Counted from the first letter of the whole stretch, positions 37,138 to 50,322 are shown. The stretch is DNA of 62,448 nt, filler included, from Ionaspis alba (GCA_964255285.1; 4 parts of 4 records of this genome joined end to end with filler, not necessarily neighbours in it), one strand, 5' to 3'. A program made the numbers and translations. Notes: a model not told the origin generated them from the sequence alone.

Positions 37138-38103
37138 CTATTGTGCTTTCTTTGGCACCTGTTGCGAAGCCCCGACGTAGCGGCCAATATCAGTAGCGTC
37201 CGTTGCCTGTCTAGTGAGGTTCTTGATAGTGTTCCAAGCTTGACGGACAGCAGGAGGAGTGCCCTGGTTCGCGACTAAAGCATCAATCCTTGCACGACCG
37301 TGGCTGAATGCACCCTGGACGAAGCTGCTCTGGCTGTACCTGGCGCGGAAGAAGACAGTGTAGATGAGCAAGAGTATCCAGCTACCCTTGGAGAAAGCGA
37401 TGGCTGGGGCGAGTAAACGGAACCAAAGAAGAATTTCGAGAGCAGCGACCAAGGTCATGGAGGCATCGTAATATTCCTTGACGAATCGGCCAATGGTATC
37501 TCCCATAGGAGAAGATTTTGTAGCAGGACGGCCTGGAGAGGCACCAGGAGCTGCAGAGGCGGGCGGAGGTGAGATGGTTGGGATCAGATTGGCGCGAGTG
37601 TAGGTAGCGACGTGGAACACAGAGTACACAGCGAAAGGCAAGAGAGCCAGGGGGATCTGACGGGAGAAGAGCCACACAAGAGCCATTGCTAATATGCACT
37701 ATATCAGCAACAGGACCGTTGAGGAAGTGGATTAGGCACCAACCTAGATATTGAACATTCTCGTCACCAGCCAAAGCCAAGAGACCACCTTGCTGACGAC
37801 TTTGAGCGCGCGCTCTTGCCCGATAAGCCTTGTAAACCACAATACCGTATGTCGCTGCCGCAGCGACGAATGCGGTGCGGTAGGAGAATATCGCCCAGCG
37901 GGAGTAGAAGTTGAATGTGATGTAGGATAGGCCGTAGCGGAAGCCGCAAAAGAGGAGGGTTAGGTGTCCGACAAACCATCCGAATCTATGAATATCAGAC
38001 ATCAAAGTTCAGGCCCAGAGCAGCATTCTGCTTACTGTAGTGTCTGAGCAAGGTGCATAAGACGCTGGGTCAAAGGCATCGAGGCCGGCGGTGGGGGAGC
38101 CAT
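37138..38103 (-). CDS. pom33: Nucleoporin/ER membrane protein Pom33 (TMEM33 family); two introns
   Basis: LAQTLQ|FGWFVGHLTLL, TYGIVVYKAY, DENVQYL|AMALVWL, ALLPFAVYSVFHVATY. Confidence 0.9.
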
Positions 38104-38930
38104 CGCAACGTAAATAGCTAGTCTCGACTGATCGGTAGAGCAATTGGCTCACGGCTTGAGCGTCCAGCAGGGTCACTAATAGGTATGAAAGCGTAGAGAG
38201 TGAAGGGTCGTGCTGAAGAATACTAATAAGGGCAGTCGTGGTGGAAAAAGCGCGTAGTTTCGATCAGAGAGGAAACAAGTGTGGTCGTGTGGGAAACCAG
38301 GCGCGGATGACGCAGGCGGACGCACCAACAGCTTTGAGGCAAGGCCGCCAGAGGTCATGCAGGTAGCTGGGGAAAGTTTCACATGTTCTTTCTACATCGT
38401 AATGACATCTGAATATTTTTGTAGGACATTCTGCACGTAGATTTGTTCTTTGGTGCTTTATTGACCTGAGAACGTTGGCAAGAGTGGTAGGCTACTCTTC
38501 CTCCACTGGTCTTAGGCTACATTGAGCAACGTCTACCAGAAGAAGTCCACGTCCAAAAAGTGAATCTATGAAATCGATCTTTTGTGTCTAGCAGAAGGCC
38601 AAATGCCTAAAGCGTGTACACATGGAAAATGCAGGCTTGAACCCAGTAGTGTAGCCAGGACATCACATCGAAAGACACAGCTGCCAATAGTAGTAAGGAG
38701 AACCCATTGCCTGAATAAGTTTCTCTGCCTGCATCCAGAGCTACCGACCGACAATCTGTGCGACAAGGCCTTCGATATTATAACCACATTATCAAGGGAA
38801 GAAGCAAGAAGGACAACAAGACAGACATAATACTGAGTAGGGGAATATCAAAAGGACACGAGAACGACCACTTCATGACGTGCCAACGACCCGTAGACCG
38901 TCCTTCGCCATGAAATCTGACCGAGTGCGC

Positions 38931-40918
38931 TCAACGGAGCGAGAATTTATTTCTCTTGCCCTTTTCCTCTATTGGTCGCCCACTCTCGACGCGCTGCTTC
39001 TTCTCCTCTAGCTCCATACGTTGTCTCTCGAGCTGCTCCTTCATCTCGCGATGTCTGGCGTACAGTTCCTCCTCGCTTTGTTTCAGTTTACTCTCCTTCT
39101 CGGCCACCTTCTGCTGGAACACCATCTTCATCTCCGACTCCATCTTCTGCAATTTCTGTTCGTGGAGAGTACGCTCCTCTTCTTGCTTGACAGCAGGGTT
39201 GACTTCCTTGAACACACTTGGGTCTTGAGCAACACCCATCTGAGTGAGCTTGTCGGATCTGTAATTCTCGTAGAGAGCGTTGTTTGTGTGCTCCTTCAGC
39301 TCTTCCATGTGCGTGCGAATCAGCATTTGTCGTAGCTTGACAAAATCACAGTGATCTTCGTTGTCTACTTCGATCACACCCCATGGATAACGACGACCGC
39401 GAACTTTGCGTCCTTCTGGGCTGGTGACCTCGGAATTGGCACCCACTACCGCGAATGGAACTTTGGACATGATTTCTTGGTTCTCGGCAATGGTTTCTTC
39501 GTCGTCTAGTTCGTAGCGTGGGCCCTCGAAGATCTGGATTGAGTGATGATGAATGTCCGTCAAAATCTAGGGGAGTGTGATTAGCAATGTCAGACTGGTG
39601 GTTCTGTGCTGCTCACCCTCTCTTTGAACATCGCTATCTCCTCGTCGGTCAAGGTGTCCGCTTTGGCAATGACAGGGATCAGGTTGACCTTGGTATGTAG
39701 ACGACGCATGACCTCAATATCGAGAGGCTTCAGAGAATGTCCGGTTGGTTGGATGAAGTAGACACACGCATGAACACGATTATCCACTATGTTCATCCGA
39801 TTGACCTTGTTCTCAGCATCGAGGTAGGCATCGAAACGTTGCTCGATGTTCTCGACAATTGGACGCCAAGAGTCGTCATTGTTGACAAAATCGCCGAAAC
39901 CCGGAGTGTCCACGACCGTCAATCGAAGACGAACACCATTCTCTTCGATATCCGCACTAATGGACTGGATGGAGACGGTTTTTGGAATGATGTCTAAGCT
40001 AGGTCCCTTGCGCTCCTTGGGTGGATAGAGTGAGGTGTTGAAGAGAGTATTGACAAGAGTGGACTTTCCAAGACCAGATTCACCTAAAGTACGTCAGAAG
40101 GTTTGAACATTGTGGCATTTGACCGAGATATCTTACCAACAACCATGACATTGAAGTTGAAACCTTTGCGTACACTTTTTCTATGCCATTGATTTGGCAG
40201 ATTGGCAAACCCAACATATCCAGTAAGCTTTCTTCGGACGACGTTCCTCATGTCACTAGCAGCCTGTGCTGCTGCTTTCGGGTCCTTCGAGCTAACAGTG
40301 TTGGCTGCAATTTGACCATTGGGAATCGTGTTGTTGCGGTCGTTGTATGAAGACCCGGTCGGCTTCCCATTAGGAACCGGCGGGCCATGGGAGTTNNNNN
40401 NNNNNNNNNNNNNNNNNNNNNNNNNNNNNNNNNNNNNNNNNNNNNNNNNNNNNNNNNNNNNNNNNNNNNNNNNNNNNNNNNNNNNNNNNNNNNNNCGTTG
40501 TATGAAGACCCGGTCGGCTTCCCATTAGGAACCGGCGGGCCATGGGAGTTTTGTGGCGCGGGTGAAGGCCGAGTTGGAGCAGATGGCATTGGACCACCGG
40601 TAGCTGTGAAAAATGCACGGTCAGTCATGCTGAAACGTTTGAGACACATCTCCCGCTGATAGAAGAATCGAGATTGTTCCTCGCGAGCTTAGGGTACGTG
40701 GCTTCTGCAGCAATTGAAGAGATGAACAGCAGTATATGTACACCAGTCGAAGATCGTGAAATTGGTATTGTATAGGTGGATCGTTGGCTGAAAATGACTA
40801 TGACATCGAGTAGAGCTTGCAACTGCCCAGCTCTTACTGTGTTGTATAGATCTAACACTTAGGGAAAGTAGAGGAAAGACGTGGTGCATCGAAAAGAATT
40901 TATTTTGTGCTTACCCAT
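38931..40918 (-). CDS. cdc3: Septin Cdc3/AspB, multi-exon (first exon ATG+G, first intron ~40604-40914)
   Basis: [75 protein letters not shown]-terminal coiled coil. Confidence 0.96.
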
Positions 40919-41976
40919 GGTCACGAACGAACCGAGTTTGGAAGGAACGTGGTGGTGGCAATAGATGACCTAGAAACCTGCGTTTCAGATATCAGTGAGA
41001 GGTCTCAGAGCACAGCGCACTCTTAGGAGGATATCTGAATGATCGCGGAGATGGTGGTTGGGCCTTGAGGACATCGAGAGAATTGCTCCAGAAAGTTTGG
41101 TACATACCTGGTAGCCTAGAAATTTCAAATCCTAACGAGCGAATGTAGTGCGACTACAGAACACGTATGCCCTAGATCAGGAGGACGCGGTCAGAAATTG
41201 TAAGATAGCTGCATGGAATTGCCAAACGATGATGTTGAAAGGGGGTAGAAGATGCGCGGTAAGGAAGTGCGGAGAATAAGGCCGGACCGTTGGAGCAGCT
41301 GTCAGAGCGGCAGGTGGCAATATTGTAGTATTGAGAAGGGAACTCACTTGATCGAGAAATGGATGCTGTGATAGCTGCGCACTTGCATACGGTTCTGCTG
41401 AGGATGTATGTCCTTTTAATGTGTCCTGCAAGAAATTAGGAGTCGGGCTCTCCTTCAATCAGGGATTCAAATTCGACTTTAGCCACATCAGGCGTAGAGC
41501 TTCGGCATCGACTCCCTAACGCTCGCCTTTTCCGCCAACCACGGGACGATGCCCAAGATTGCAACGACAGCCGTTTGACAGAGGAAACACAGGATGAAGC
41601 TCGGTACGAGTATAACGAGTGTAACATTCCTTTGTGTAGTACTCATCGGGGACGGGGGTTATGTAAGCTTAAACCTAGGCTTTGTGACAGCTTTTCTTGT
41701 TGGTCAATCTACGACACAATACCATTTCTTGCATTTATAATCATCGGATGTATCTCTCCAGCGTGCATGAGCTTCACTGCTCGTTGACCTATTGAGACTT
41801 AAATCATGCTGTCAATAAAGTCCTGGATTGTGCTCTGGCTCTCTTTCGAGGCTCAAGAAAGTGCCAGTTGCTTGGAACTCTAATGCAAAGCCGTTTCCCT
41901 CATTGGTTTGAATGAGCTATGTATTCCTACTTGCAGAGTCCGTATAACATTGACTTCTCCTGTCTCGTCAGACGAC

Positions 41977-44280
41977 ATGCCTCAAGAAATGGGCAAAACC
42001 TCAACAGGCAGCGACTGCTCCAGGAGTATCTCTCCAGTCCGTCGGATCAGCAGAAAAAGAGTCCGCCATGGAAAGGACGATACAAACAAAGCCTTCAAGG
42101 AGATACATCCTACACCTCAAAGTCTTCGTCAGCAAATGATAGAAATTGTACGGTATAAGTCTCAGCGTACACGTGCTAGAGGCTGGGTTAGCAATATGCG
42201 TTTCCTTGTTGTTGATAGACCTGAGCAAAGAGAGCCAGTGCAACTGGCAGGAGATAATAAGGTTTTGTTGACAGACAAATCGTCCTCATCGGATGGTTCT
42301 GTCCAAAGCGGGCTCTTTCCAGTATGCTTAAAGTTTGGAAGCCGACGAAGTCTTCCCGATCCAAATGCTTACGTGGCTGTCTCCTATACTTGGAACAGAG
42401 AAGATTCAGGCTGGTTCGAAGATCTACATGTTCCTCCGATCGATATTGTAGCTGACGGACAGCCTCCAAGAGTAAGCTCTGTACCTCCCGATGTCCTCCA
42501 TAGAAGTGTTATATATGCCATGCACAAAAACATCAGTGCAGTTTGGATTGATCAGGAATGTATCAACCAAGACGATCCTCAGGACAAAGAAGATGGCATT
42601 CAAGCAATGGATATCGTTTACGAAGAGTCGCGCCAACCAATCGCTGTGCTGGAGTGCTATCTAGACAGGCAGGAACACGTTGATGTACTCGTAGCAGCGG
42701 TCGAGGGTGAAGAATTCGAACCGGGTTTGATAGAGGCACTCGCGGAATTACTCGAAGCTTTGCTGATCGATCCTTGGTTCTCGCGCGCCTGGACACTACA
42801 AGAATCAATATCAGCTGGTATAAGCATGATGCTCTTGATCCCATGTGATGCTCTTCTCACCAAACCGAAATATTTTGGTCCAACACCGGGTGAGATTGAA
42901 ATCAGCATATTCGATTTGCAGAACGCGATGGTTCATATTCGTGGCCTGATAGAGGAAGGACTTGCTGCCAATGTGTGGGAGGACGAGGGTGACGCCATCT
43001 ACGCTTCCAATTGCGCCGACAATTTGTGGAACTTCCTTCCCACTGGAGTCCTGGACACGCTGGACAGAGCGGTTTCTCATCGCCGACCATGCTACGCTTC
43101 TGAAGCTATCACATTCCTGGAGACCCGGCAGAATTCATTTTTTCCAGACCGACTGGCTATACTCGCAAATCTATGCAACTACGAGACTAGGATCGATACC
43201 AAAGTATTAGAAGACCCTCTCTACTCATTTTCCACTTGTGCCTTGACGTTAGCCATTCTAAATGGAGATATGTCACTCCTCGGCGGCTACGGTGCTAGAG
43301 GCGTAGAAGACTGGGACCTAGAAGGACGACATGCAGGAGTCATCGATCTTGCACGAGATGGACGATCATTAGGCGCGGTCTTCCTCAATAATGATACAGA
43401 CTCACCTTCGAGCAGCTATGGCTTTTCATGGGGACCACCACCCTTCGGGAAGCTGAGCGATATAGCATATGAGGAAGATACTAATGCGCCAAGATTTCTT
43501 CTTAGACCGTCTACCCTTTCCGAGAACGGTCTTCGAGTTCGCGGTATAATTTGGCAAATCAAATATGTGGTTCATGTTCCTAGAACGAAGTCTGCATTTG
43601 TCGCAAGGTGGAAAAATGAGCTTGAGGCACAATCAGATCTTGTCGGATATGACCGTGAAGCCGATATTCGAGGACAGCCCTTGTCAAGAGACTTCGTATG
43701 GGCCTTACTGCACGAGTTATTTGATTTGGGATTGGAAGAGCTGGTCAAGACTCTCTGGAAATTCTTCGAACCCCGAGGCAGAACCGAAATGGGTTTAGAG
43801 TTACCGGCGGTTCCACGTCCATATCCATTTGGCATGATATTCAATTCTTCAAAACAAATCATGGCTGGCGGCCAGAAAGCTTTAAAATATGATCTGAAGG
43901 ATGTCATTGACCGTCTCAGGATAGAGACACTAATCGTTGATGCCAAAAGAATTCCCTATAAAGGACCATCAATGGTTAGGAATTTGATGGATCAGATTTG
44001 TCGGGAAGGAAAACTTCTCTGCGGTGGCCCTTTGATCGGTCACGATATGCAGCCTCGAATACTTTTCGAGGCTTGCAAAGAAGGTGATCTGATCTTCACG
44101 CCATCCACAGAATTCGGTGATAGAGCGGCAGACTCTCCGTACCGGGACCAAGCCATGTCTTGGAGAGTCACACAAACTGGAAGAATAGCAGAAGGTTGTG
44201 GAGTGCTTCACTGTCTTGGTAGGAGACGAGGGTTCTGGAGAATGGAAGATCTCGAAGCAACGGACTATATTCTTGACTAA
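41977..44280 (+). CDS. HET-domain (heterokaryon incompatibility) protein, intronless
   Basis: YVAVSYTW, VWIDQECINQDD, IQAMDIVYEES, WFSRAWTLQES, DRLAILANLCNY; one uninterrupted ORF. Confidence 0.9.
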   Translation: MPQEMGKTSTGSDCSRSISPVRRISRKRVRHGKDDTNKAFKEIHPTPQSLRQQMIEIVRYKSQRTRARGWVSNMRFLVVDRPEQREPVQLAGDNKVLLTDKSSSSDGSVQSGLFPVCLKFGSRRSLPDPNAYVAVSYTWNREDSGWFEDLHVPPIDIVADGQPPRVSSVPPDVLHRSVIYAMHKNISAVWIDQECINQDDPQDKEDGIQAMDIVYEESRQPIAVLECYLDRQEHVDVLVAAVEGEEFEPGLIEALAELLEALLIDPWFSRAWTLQESISAGISMMLLIPCDALLTKPKYFGPTPGEIEISIFDLQNAMVHIRGLIEEGLAANVWEDEGDAIYASNCADNLWNFLPTGVLDTLDRAVSHRRPCYASEAITFLETRQNSFFPDRLAILANLCNYETRIDTKVLEDPLYSFSTCALTLAILNGDMSLLGGYGARGVEDWDLEGRHAGVIDLARDGRSLGAVFLNNDTDSPSSSYGFSWGPPPFGKLSDIAYEEDTNAPRFLLRPSTLSENGLRVRGIIWQIKYVVHVPRTKSAFVARWKNELEAQSDLVGYDREADIRGQPLSRDFVWALLHELFDLGLEELVKTLWKFFEPRGRTEMGLELPAVPRPYPFGMIFNSSKQIMAGGQKALKYDLKDVIDRLRIETLIVDAKRIPYKGPSMVRNLMDQICREGKLLCGGPLIGHDMQPRILFEACKEGDLIFTPSTEFGDRAADSPYRDQAMSWRVTQTGRIAEGCGVLHCLGRRRGFWRMEDLEATDYILD

Positions 44281-44469
44281 ACTTCGATTGTGGAAGGAAC
44301 CGGACATGGTATCGAATAAGATAATACAACAAACATGGCTGCCTCTGGATAATTCAATACCAACTCGGGAAGGAATATGTACATGGCCACCATTCTTCTT
44401 ACAGACAATCCAATCTCATTCCAATACTGCCCCTAGCATCCGCCAACCCTCCAACCTTTCAGGTTTTGT

Positions 44470-45975
44470 CTATGCAGAGGGTCCTGGGAATGGGAAGGCT
44501 GCCGGACTCTTGTACCCATTCTTTCCCACAGCCCTGATCCCAAAATTGACATTATCCTTACTCAACTTCACTGTCGCCGTATTCACATTTCCGACCGGAA
44601 TCATATGAGTCCAAAACGGTGCATCTGTCGGCCTCCAGAGTACCTCATACCCAGCAATACCCGTATCGTTACTCTTTGTCCAGCTGAACTGACTCTCATT
44701 GCTCAAAACCGTGGTATTAATCGTGACGTCTTTTGGTGTCCCCGGTGCCTGGGCCAAGCTCCACATCGCAGCAGCATTGACCTTGCCAACGCGCTTCACG
44801 AACTCGTAGTCGACAAATTCGGCCAAGTCGCCAAACTGCACTCCATTCACGACTTTGACATCCTGATGCTGATGCGCAAAATTCTCATTCGGCTCCGTGA
44901 AGCGAGCGGCGGGATATCCAGCAGCAAGGAAAGACTCGTGGTCACCGCCTCTGAGGTACCTGTCTGCACGATAGACCACGGGGATGTTCATCTCCGTGTA
45001 CTGATTGATTGCCACGCCGGCCACGAACCTGGATAGTTCTCTGGCCGGAGAATCACTGTCCCCGCCCACCAACGCTCTCGTCGCCATCTGGGCTTTCGTC
45101 TCCGTCTGCGGTGCTCCCTCTGCGAAGAGCCGTACATCGTACGGATCTGTACGGCCATCGTCGGCTAGAGAGGCACCGACAATATCGTTGGTGAACATGC
45201 CTTGGACGTCCACGGAGGCGTTCTTGTAGGTATTGGCCAGGAAGGCTGACCCGTACAAACCTTGCTCTTCGCCGGCCACAGCCACAAAAACAATGGTTGC
45301 ACGTGGCTTGTGCGTGGCCATGATGCGGGCGAGCTCCATACTGATTGCCACACCAGAGGCACTACGCCAATGTCAGCACCAAATGCAAAGTAAGAAATTT
45401 GAAGACAAAAGGGACACAAACTCATCATCAGCGCCAGGCGCATCGTCCTTGTAGTTCAAAATATCTGTCACCCGACTATCATAATGCCCACTAACAACAT
45501 ACACTCTCCCTGGATCCTCACTCCCCTTCAACGTCGCCACCACATCACTAATATTCGTCGGAAACGGGATCCGTGGCGCCACACCCTGGATATAACTCGG
45601 CACCGTGACAACCATACGACCACCACTCCTCGCCGCATATTTGCGCATCTCACCCGCGATCCAATCCCTCGCGGCGCCAACCCCTCGCTTTGGGTTGTTT
45701 TGCTCCGAGCAGGTGTGTCGTGTCCCGAAGGAGACGAGCTTCTCGATTATGGCTTTGATCCGTGCGGACGAGATCTGGGACATTATGTGTTGCAGCTCCC
45801 GGTCTACCGGCTGGGGAGTTAGGAACATGCCGATGCCGGGGGGCCAGGAGGCGGCGGGGCAGGAGAAGATTGTTGAGAGAGCGTCGGAGGAGGTGGTTTG
45901 GGGGGTGAATTGAGGGTAGGTGAGGGTCAGGGGGAGGAGAGGGAGGAGGGAGAGGAGCGGGTTGAGGATACGCAT
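44470..45975 (-). CDS. Secreted M28-family zinc metallopeptidase with a C-terminal FN3-like domain; one intron
   Basis: Signal peptide; [57 protein letters not shown]; beta-rich tail GYEVLWR..FGIRAVG. Confidence 0.92.
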
Positions 45976-46822
45976 GTTCGGCAAAGTAGAGGAGAGTGGA
46001 ATCTGGTGATCAGAGCTTCGGAGCAATCATTGCAGTAGTATTCTGGTTGAAATAAGAGGAAATGCAAAACAGAACTGTTCTTGGCTATATACGTATCCTG
46101 CTCGCACTCCCAGACTTGCATCATCATGCCGTGCATGCTCCATCAGAGCGAAAGCGCAATACCCCTCAAAAGCTCCCAAGATGAATGCAGCAGGTACGAA
46201 TGCATGGCATGACGCAACAACCGTATACGGTGGCAGTAGTGGAGGTGCTATCGATAAGTCTGGGGTTTGCCAGCCCTGATGAAGTGGCAGCAGGTTTCCT
46301 CTTTAGGCAGCTCGTGGGGATGCCAAGACTTTTGGGACGTTGAGGGTTGCTGGAATGGGGAAGGGGACGGGATCGGCGATTGCGGAGATAGGAGGGGTGG
46401 AATAAAGGAAGAAAAAATTCTTGAGAGTGCAATCGATAATTCGCATATGTGACTGACAATTACACACAATGGAGACAGAATAATCCACGCCTGGGAAACT
46501 ATGTGGAGGAGCAGCAGAAAGTCAGTTATCACATTGAATCACCTTAGGCTTTGACCTTTACTTGGCGGTAGATTTTTCATCACAATGATCTGGTCATTAA
46601 GACTATCATGTCAGTGCCAGCACCAGACGAAGTAGCTCTTGTCCTTCTGTCTGGACGACTTTGTCCAGCTTCTTCACCTGATACTCCACCCTGACTCTAC
46701 TCCTCCATGCCCATCTCAATACAACCTACACGCCAAACGCCTCGCTTGCTATAATTTCACCTCACTCCACCATTTACCACAACCGTTCCACTCACCTCAA
46801 AAAATGTATAACCAACCAACAA

Positions 46823-46922
46823 NNNNNNNNNNNNNNNNNNNNNNNNNNNNNNNNNNNNNNNNNNNNTTAATTAATTAANNNNNNNNNNNNNNNNNNNNNN
46901 NNNNNNNNNNNNNNNNNNNNNN
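46823..46922. other. Artificial scaffold linker N44-TTAATTAATTAA-N44
   Basis: 12-mer at 46867-46878 centred in Ns. Confidence 0.97.
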
Positions 46923-47392
46923 CATTATAACGAGTAGATGTCGCTGTTTCGAATGAATTATATAATTGTTTATTGCCATTGCTCGGTTGATCAGCCAGGT
47001 GCGCCTGCTAACGAGATGTCAACTCTCCGTTTGATTGACACTGAGGCACTGGGTGTTTAAGCTGTATAAAATACACTGGGTTGTTAAAGAGTACCTTGCG
47101 TTCATGATCGCGATGTTGTCGTCTTCTTGACGTCTCTGAGATCTCAAAACCGCCAAATTGACGAAACATCAGGAGCCAGCAGCAGAAGAAGACTCGCTCC
47201 AGGTACTCGACCATGGGAACACCAATACATGATACAGCTGTGCCGAGACAGAAACCTATAAAAGCTCAAATGTCTAACGCATCGTCCACGATTGTAGAGT
47301 ATCGACATCCATCGAGTTGTCGCGGCAAACACTGCTGTACCTCTACAAACACGGAGGCATTTATTTTCATCACGATCCCCTCTTCTCATCCT

Positions 47393-48448
47393 TCAATACC
47401 CATCTAAGATCCCCTGGTCTCTCTCCTCCGCTTGACGTTTCTTAGTCACTTCATGCCACCAGGCATGCGTCTCATCCTTGCCCTCACCCGCGGTCTCATC
47501 CCAAGGTTTAGGACTAAGTATGTAATGCACATTCTTGACCTTGTCGTCTCTCCATATCGGCGCATGCACATCTTTCCATCTCAAAGTCTTGAGCGCGTTA
47601 TAGATATATGGTAAAGCCACCCATCGGTTCTTGAACACGTCTGAGAGTAGCGATTGGTCTGCAAACTCGTAGTTCTCTATTGAAGAGGAGTTGCTCATAC
47701 TCTCGACGATGGCATTGTAGGCACCTATTGACGGATTGACGACTTGGAGGCCGCCGTTCACCATGCTCAGCCCTGCGTTCGGATTTGCGCCTTCTGTTTG
47801 CGCCCTTTCAGGTTCGCTGTGCTGCGTTGTAAAGGCGCAGTTCTCTGGAATCCTGTTTGGCCATTCAGCCTCCAGCTTCGACCTTGTCAGTCTCCCGGAT
47901 GGACTGACCAGTCTTTGGGATAGTGTGATTTCTTGAGCGGATTGCACACGCAAGCATGACTTGCCGCAAACACCCTATCACCTTTTCCCCCCAGCTCCGG
48001 CGAATCAAGAGGAAGGTCCATCAGCTCATCCATGTTTTGCAGCACTAGCATGTCACTATCTAGCTGCACCACCCTCTCGTGCTCCGTCAACGAAAATGGC
48101 GTTAGCTTGCTCCAGCAATCATAGAAGCGGGTATCGTTGCTATAGTCTTTGTGAACGGCGGGAAGGAGGTACTTGATGTACTTGCTGGGTATCTTGCGCG
48201 CTTCAAGGGCTTTCTTGCCTTCCTCGGGAAACGAATCCGTATAGAGCGCAATCAATGGGTATTTCGACCCGACAGATTTGAGAGAGTAATCCAACGTGAG
48301 GAGGCCGGAGAGGTAGTTGGTATTTGTAATGAGAGTTGTCCAGACTGAAAGGGTCAGTCCGGCGTAAAGATCTCTCTGATTTGTGCGGCGCACCTTTCTT
48401 CGACTCAACGTCACCAGTCGCGGCGCTCGTCCCATTCTTGTCCGTCAT
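47393..48448 (-). CDS. Glycosyltransferase family 8 (glycogenin/galactinol synthase-like); two introns
   Basis: VWTTLITNTNYLSG, CWSKLTPF, VQLDSDMLV (DxD), HACVCNP, NGGLQVVNPS, FADQSLLS, YNALKTLR, VHYILSPKPW. Confidence 0.92.
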
Positions 48449-48828
48449 GGTCGGCTTGATCAGCTGATCGACGGTTCTGCTGTAGATCAATGACTTGCAG
48501 ACTGAAAAGAAGTTCGAAATTCGAAGTCATCATCCTTTCGCTTTTGCGGATATAGCCTTTTTGGAGGGACCCCTGGGATGACCAATGTTGACTTCGGAGC
48601 ATTTCCGATCTCCCGCCGAAAGACCCCTGCACAGGATCTCAAGTGATATCGTCATTATCGGGCTTACAACGGCGTTAGGGGTGGAAGTCAGCTTTGGACG
48701 GGAGGAATGCTTTGGTCTACGAATCACGGGTTTTAATTTTTATTCAAATTTCCTTTTTTCATGTCCTCGTATTCTCTAATGCTCTTACTTCTGCATCTTC
48801 CATTTGATCTGTTCCCGTCCAGCGGCCG

Positions 48829-50121
48829 ATGTCCGCAACCATAAACAGTGCCATTGTCAATCCAGACCTTAGGAATGGTAGCAATGAGGCGCTTGGACAG
48901 GGGCAGCCTGCTCGGAGTGCGAGTAATGGCAGTTACAAGGGCTTCGTTGCCGGTGTCTTCTCTGGAATCGCCAAGCTGAGTGGTAGGCCTTCTTTGTACT
49001 GCGTTCTGGAAGATCGCTGACGTGAATGTCCTTAGTTGGCCATCCGTATGCTTTGACCAGTCTTAATTACCGCCAACAAGTCTGATAAGCTATAGTTTCG
49101 ACACCATCAAGGTCCGACTTCAAACAACCGAGAGAGCCCAATTCAAAGGGCCGTTGGAGTGCGTCCTGCAAACAGTTAGGAATGAAGGTGTTCGAGGACT
49201 ATATAAAGGTGCTACACCGCCGCTGGTGGGATGGATGTTCATGGATTCTATGTACGTCTTGCCTTATGAAAACCCTTGGATGTTACTCTCGTTTTCATGC
49301 TAATGCAGGCATCCCAGAATGCTTGGTTCTCTGAATGTCTATCGACGCCTGCTCCACGAGCACGTTTTCACTCGGGAGAGCCTTCTCAAACACGCTCCAC
49401 ATACTATCCGTAAATCACAATCCGTAATTGAAGAGCAAGTTCATAAACTGCCAACAATTGGCCATGCGATAGCAGGAATTATGGCCGGCTGGACCGTCAG
49501 TCTCATCGCAGCACCAGTGGAACACGTTAAAGCTCGTCTACAAATCCAATACGCGGCGGACAAGCGAAAGCGCCTTTACAGTGGTCCGATTGATTGCTCC
49601 AAAAGAATCGTGCGTATTCCAGCCTTTCGCCCAACCTCTGACTTGCCAACTGAGCCTCCTCTCATGTCTCTATACAAACTAACCTTTACCGCTCATAGCT
49701 ACGTGCCCACGGCATCCGCGGTCTCTACCACGGCCTCTCCGCTACTCTCCTCTTCCGCTCCTTCTTCTTCTTCTGGTGGGGCTCGTACGATATCCTCACG
49801 CGCCTGCTGAAAACCTACACCACGCTCTCCACCCCCTCCGTCAACTTCTGGGCTGGCGGCCTGTCCGCGCAGATCTTCTGGATCACGTCCTACCCTTCGG
49901 ATGTAGTAAAGCAGCGGATTATGACTGATCCGCTCGGAGGCGCCCTGCAAGACGGGCAGAGGAGGTTTGGCCGATGGCGGGATGCTGCCAGGGAGGTGTG
50001 GAGGAGAGATGGGCCAAGGGGGTTTTGGCGGGGTTTCCTGCCGTGCTTTTTGAGGGCTTTCCCGGCGAATGCGATGGCATTAGTGGCATTTGAGGGGGTA
50101 ATGAGGGCGTTGCCGGAATAG
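48829..50121 (+). CDS. Mitochondrial carrier family protein (carnitine/Ymc-like clade); five exons including a 10-nt exon
   Basis: Three Px[DE]xxKx[RK] signatures: PFDTIKVR, PVEHVKAR, PSDVVKQR; GLYKGATPPLVG, GFWRGFLPCFLRAFPANA. Confidence 0.92.
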
Positions 50122-50322
50122 GTGGGCGGAGTTCAAAGTGAGGGAGGAACGCTCTCTGCTTTTGCTCCGAGGGCGACCACCTACTGTGAATATAATGCTG
50201 TATATATGTTATAGTTGCCCTTGACCGACCATATGATTATTAGTCGAAGTACCTAATACCAACACTTACGCGCCGCGTTCGTTTCTCATAGTCCATTATT
50301 TCTTTCCTCTGCACCAGTGCTC

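Noticed and set aside
40341..40550. Apparent tandem duplication in the Cdc3 N-terminus (likewise 55655-55864 in lamB)
   Set aside because: Exactly 55 bp and directly flanking N-gaps: assembly overlap.
40698..40704. Possible 7-nt microexon (cag-AAGCCAC-gtaccc) in cdc3 intron 1
   Set aside because: Would shift the frame, and direct splicing of exon 1 to 40603 already gives a valid protein.
46804..46822. AAAATG start (MYNQPT) after a pyrimidine-rich leader at the end of block 3
   Set aside because: Only six codons before the linker; cannot be called.
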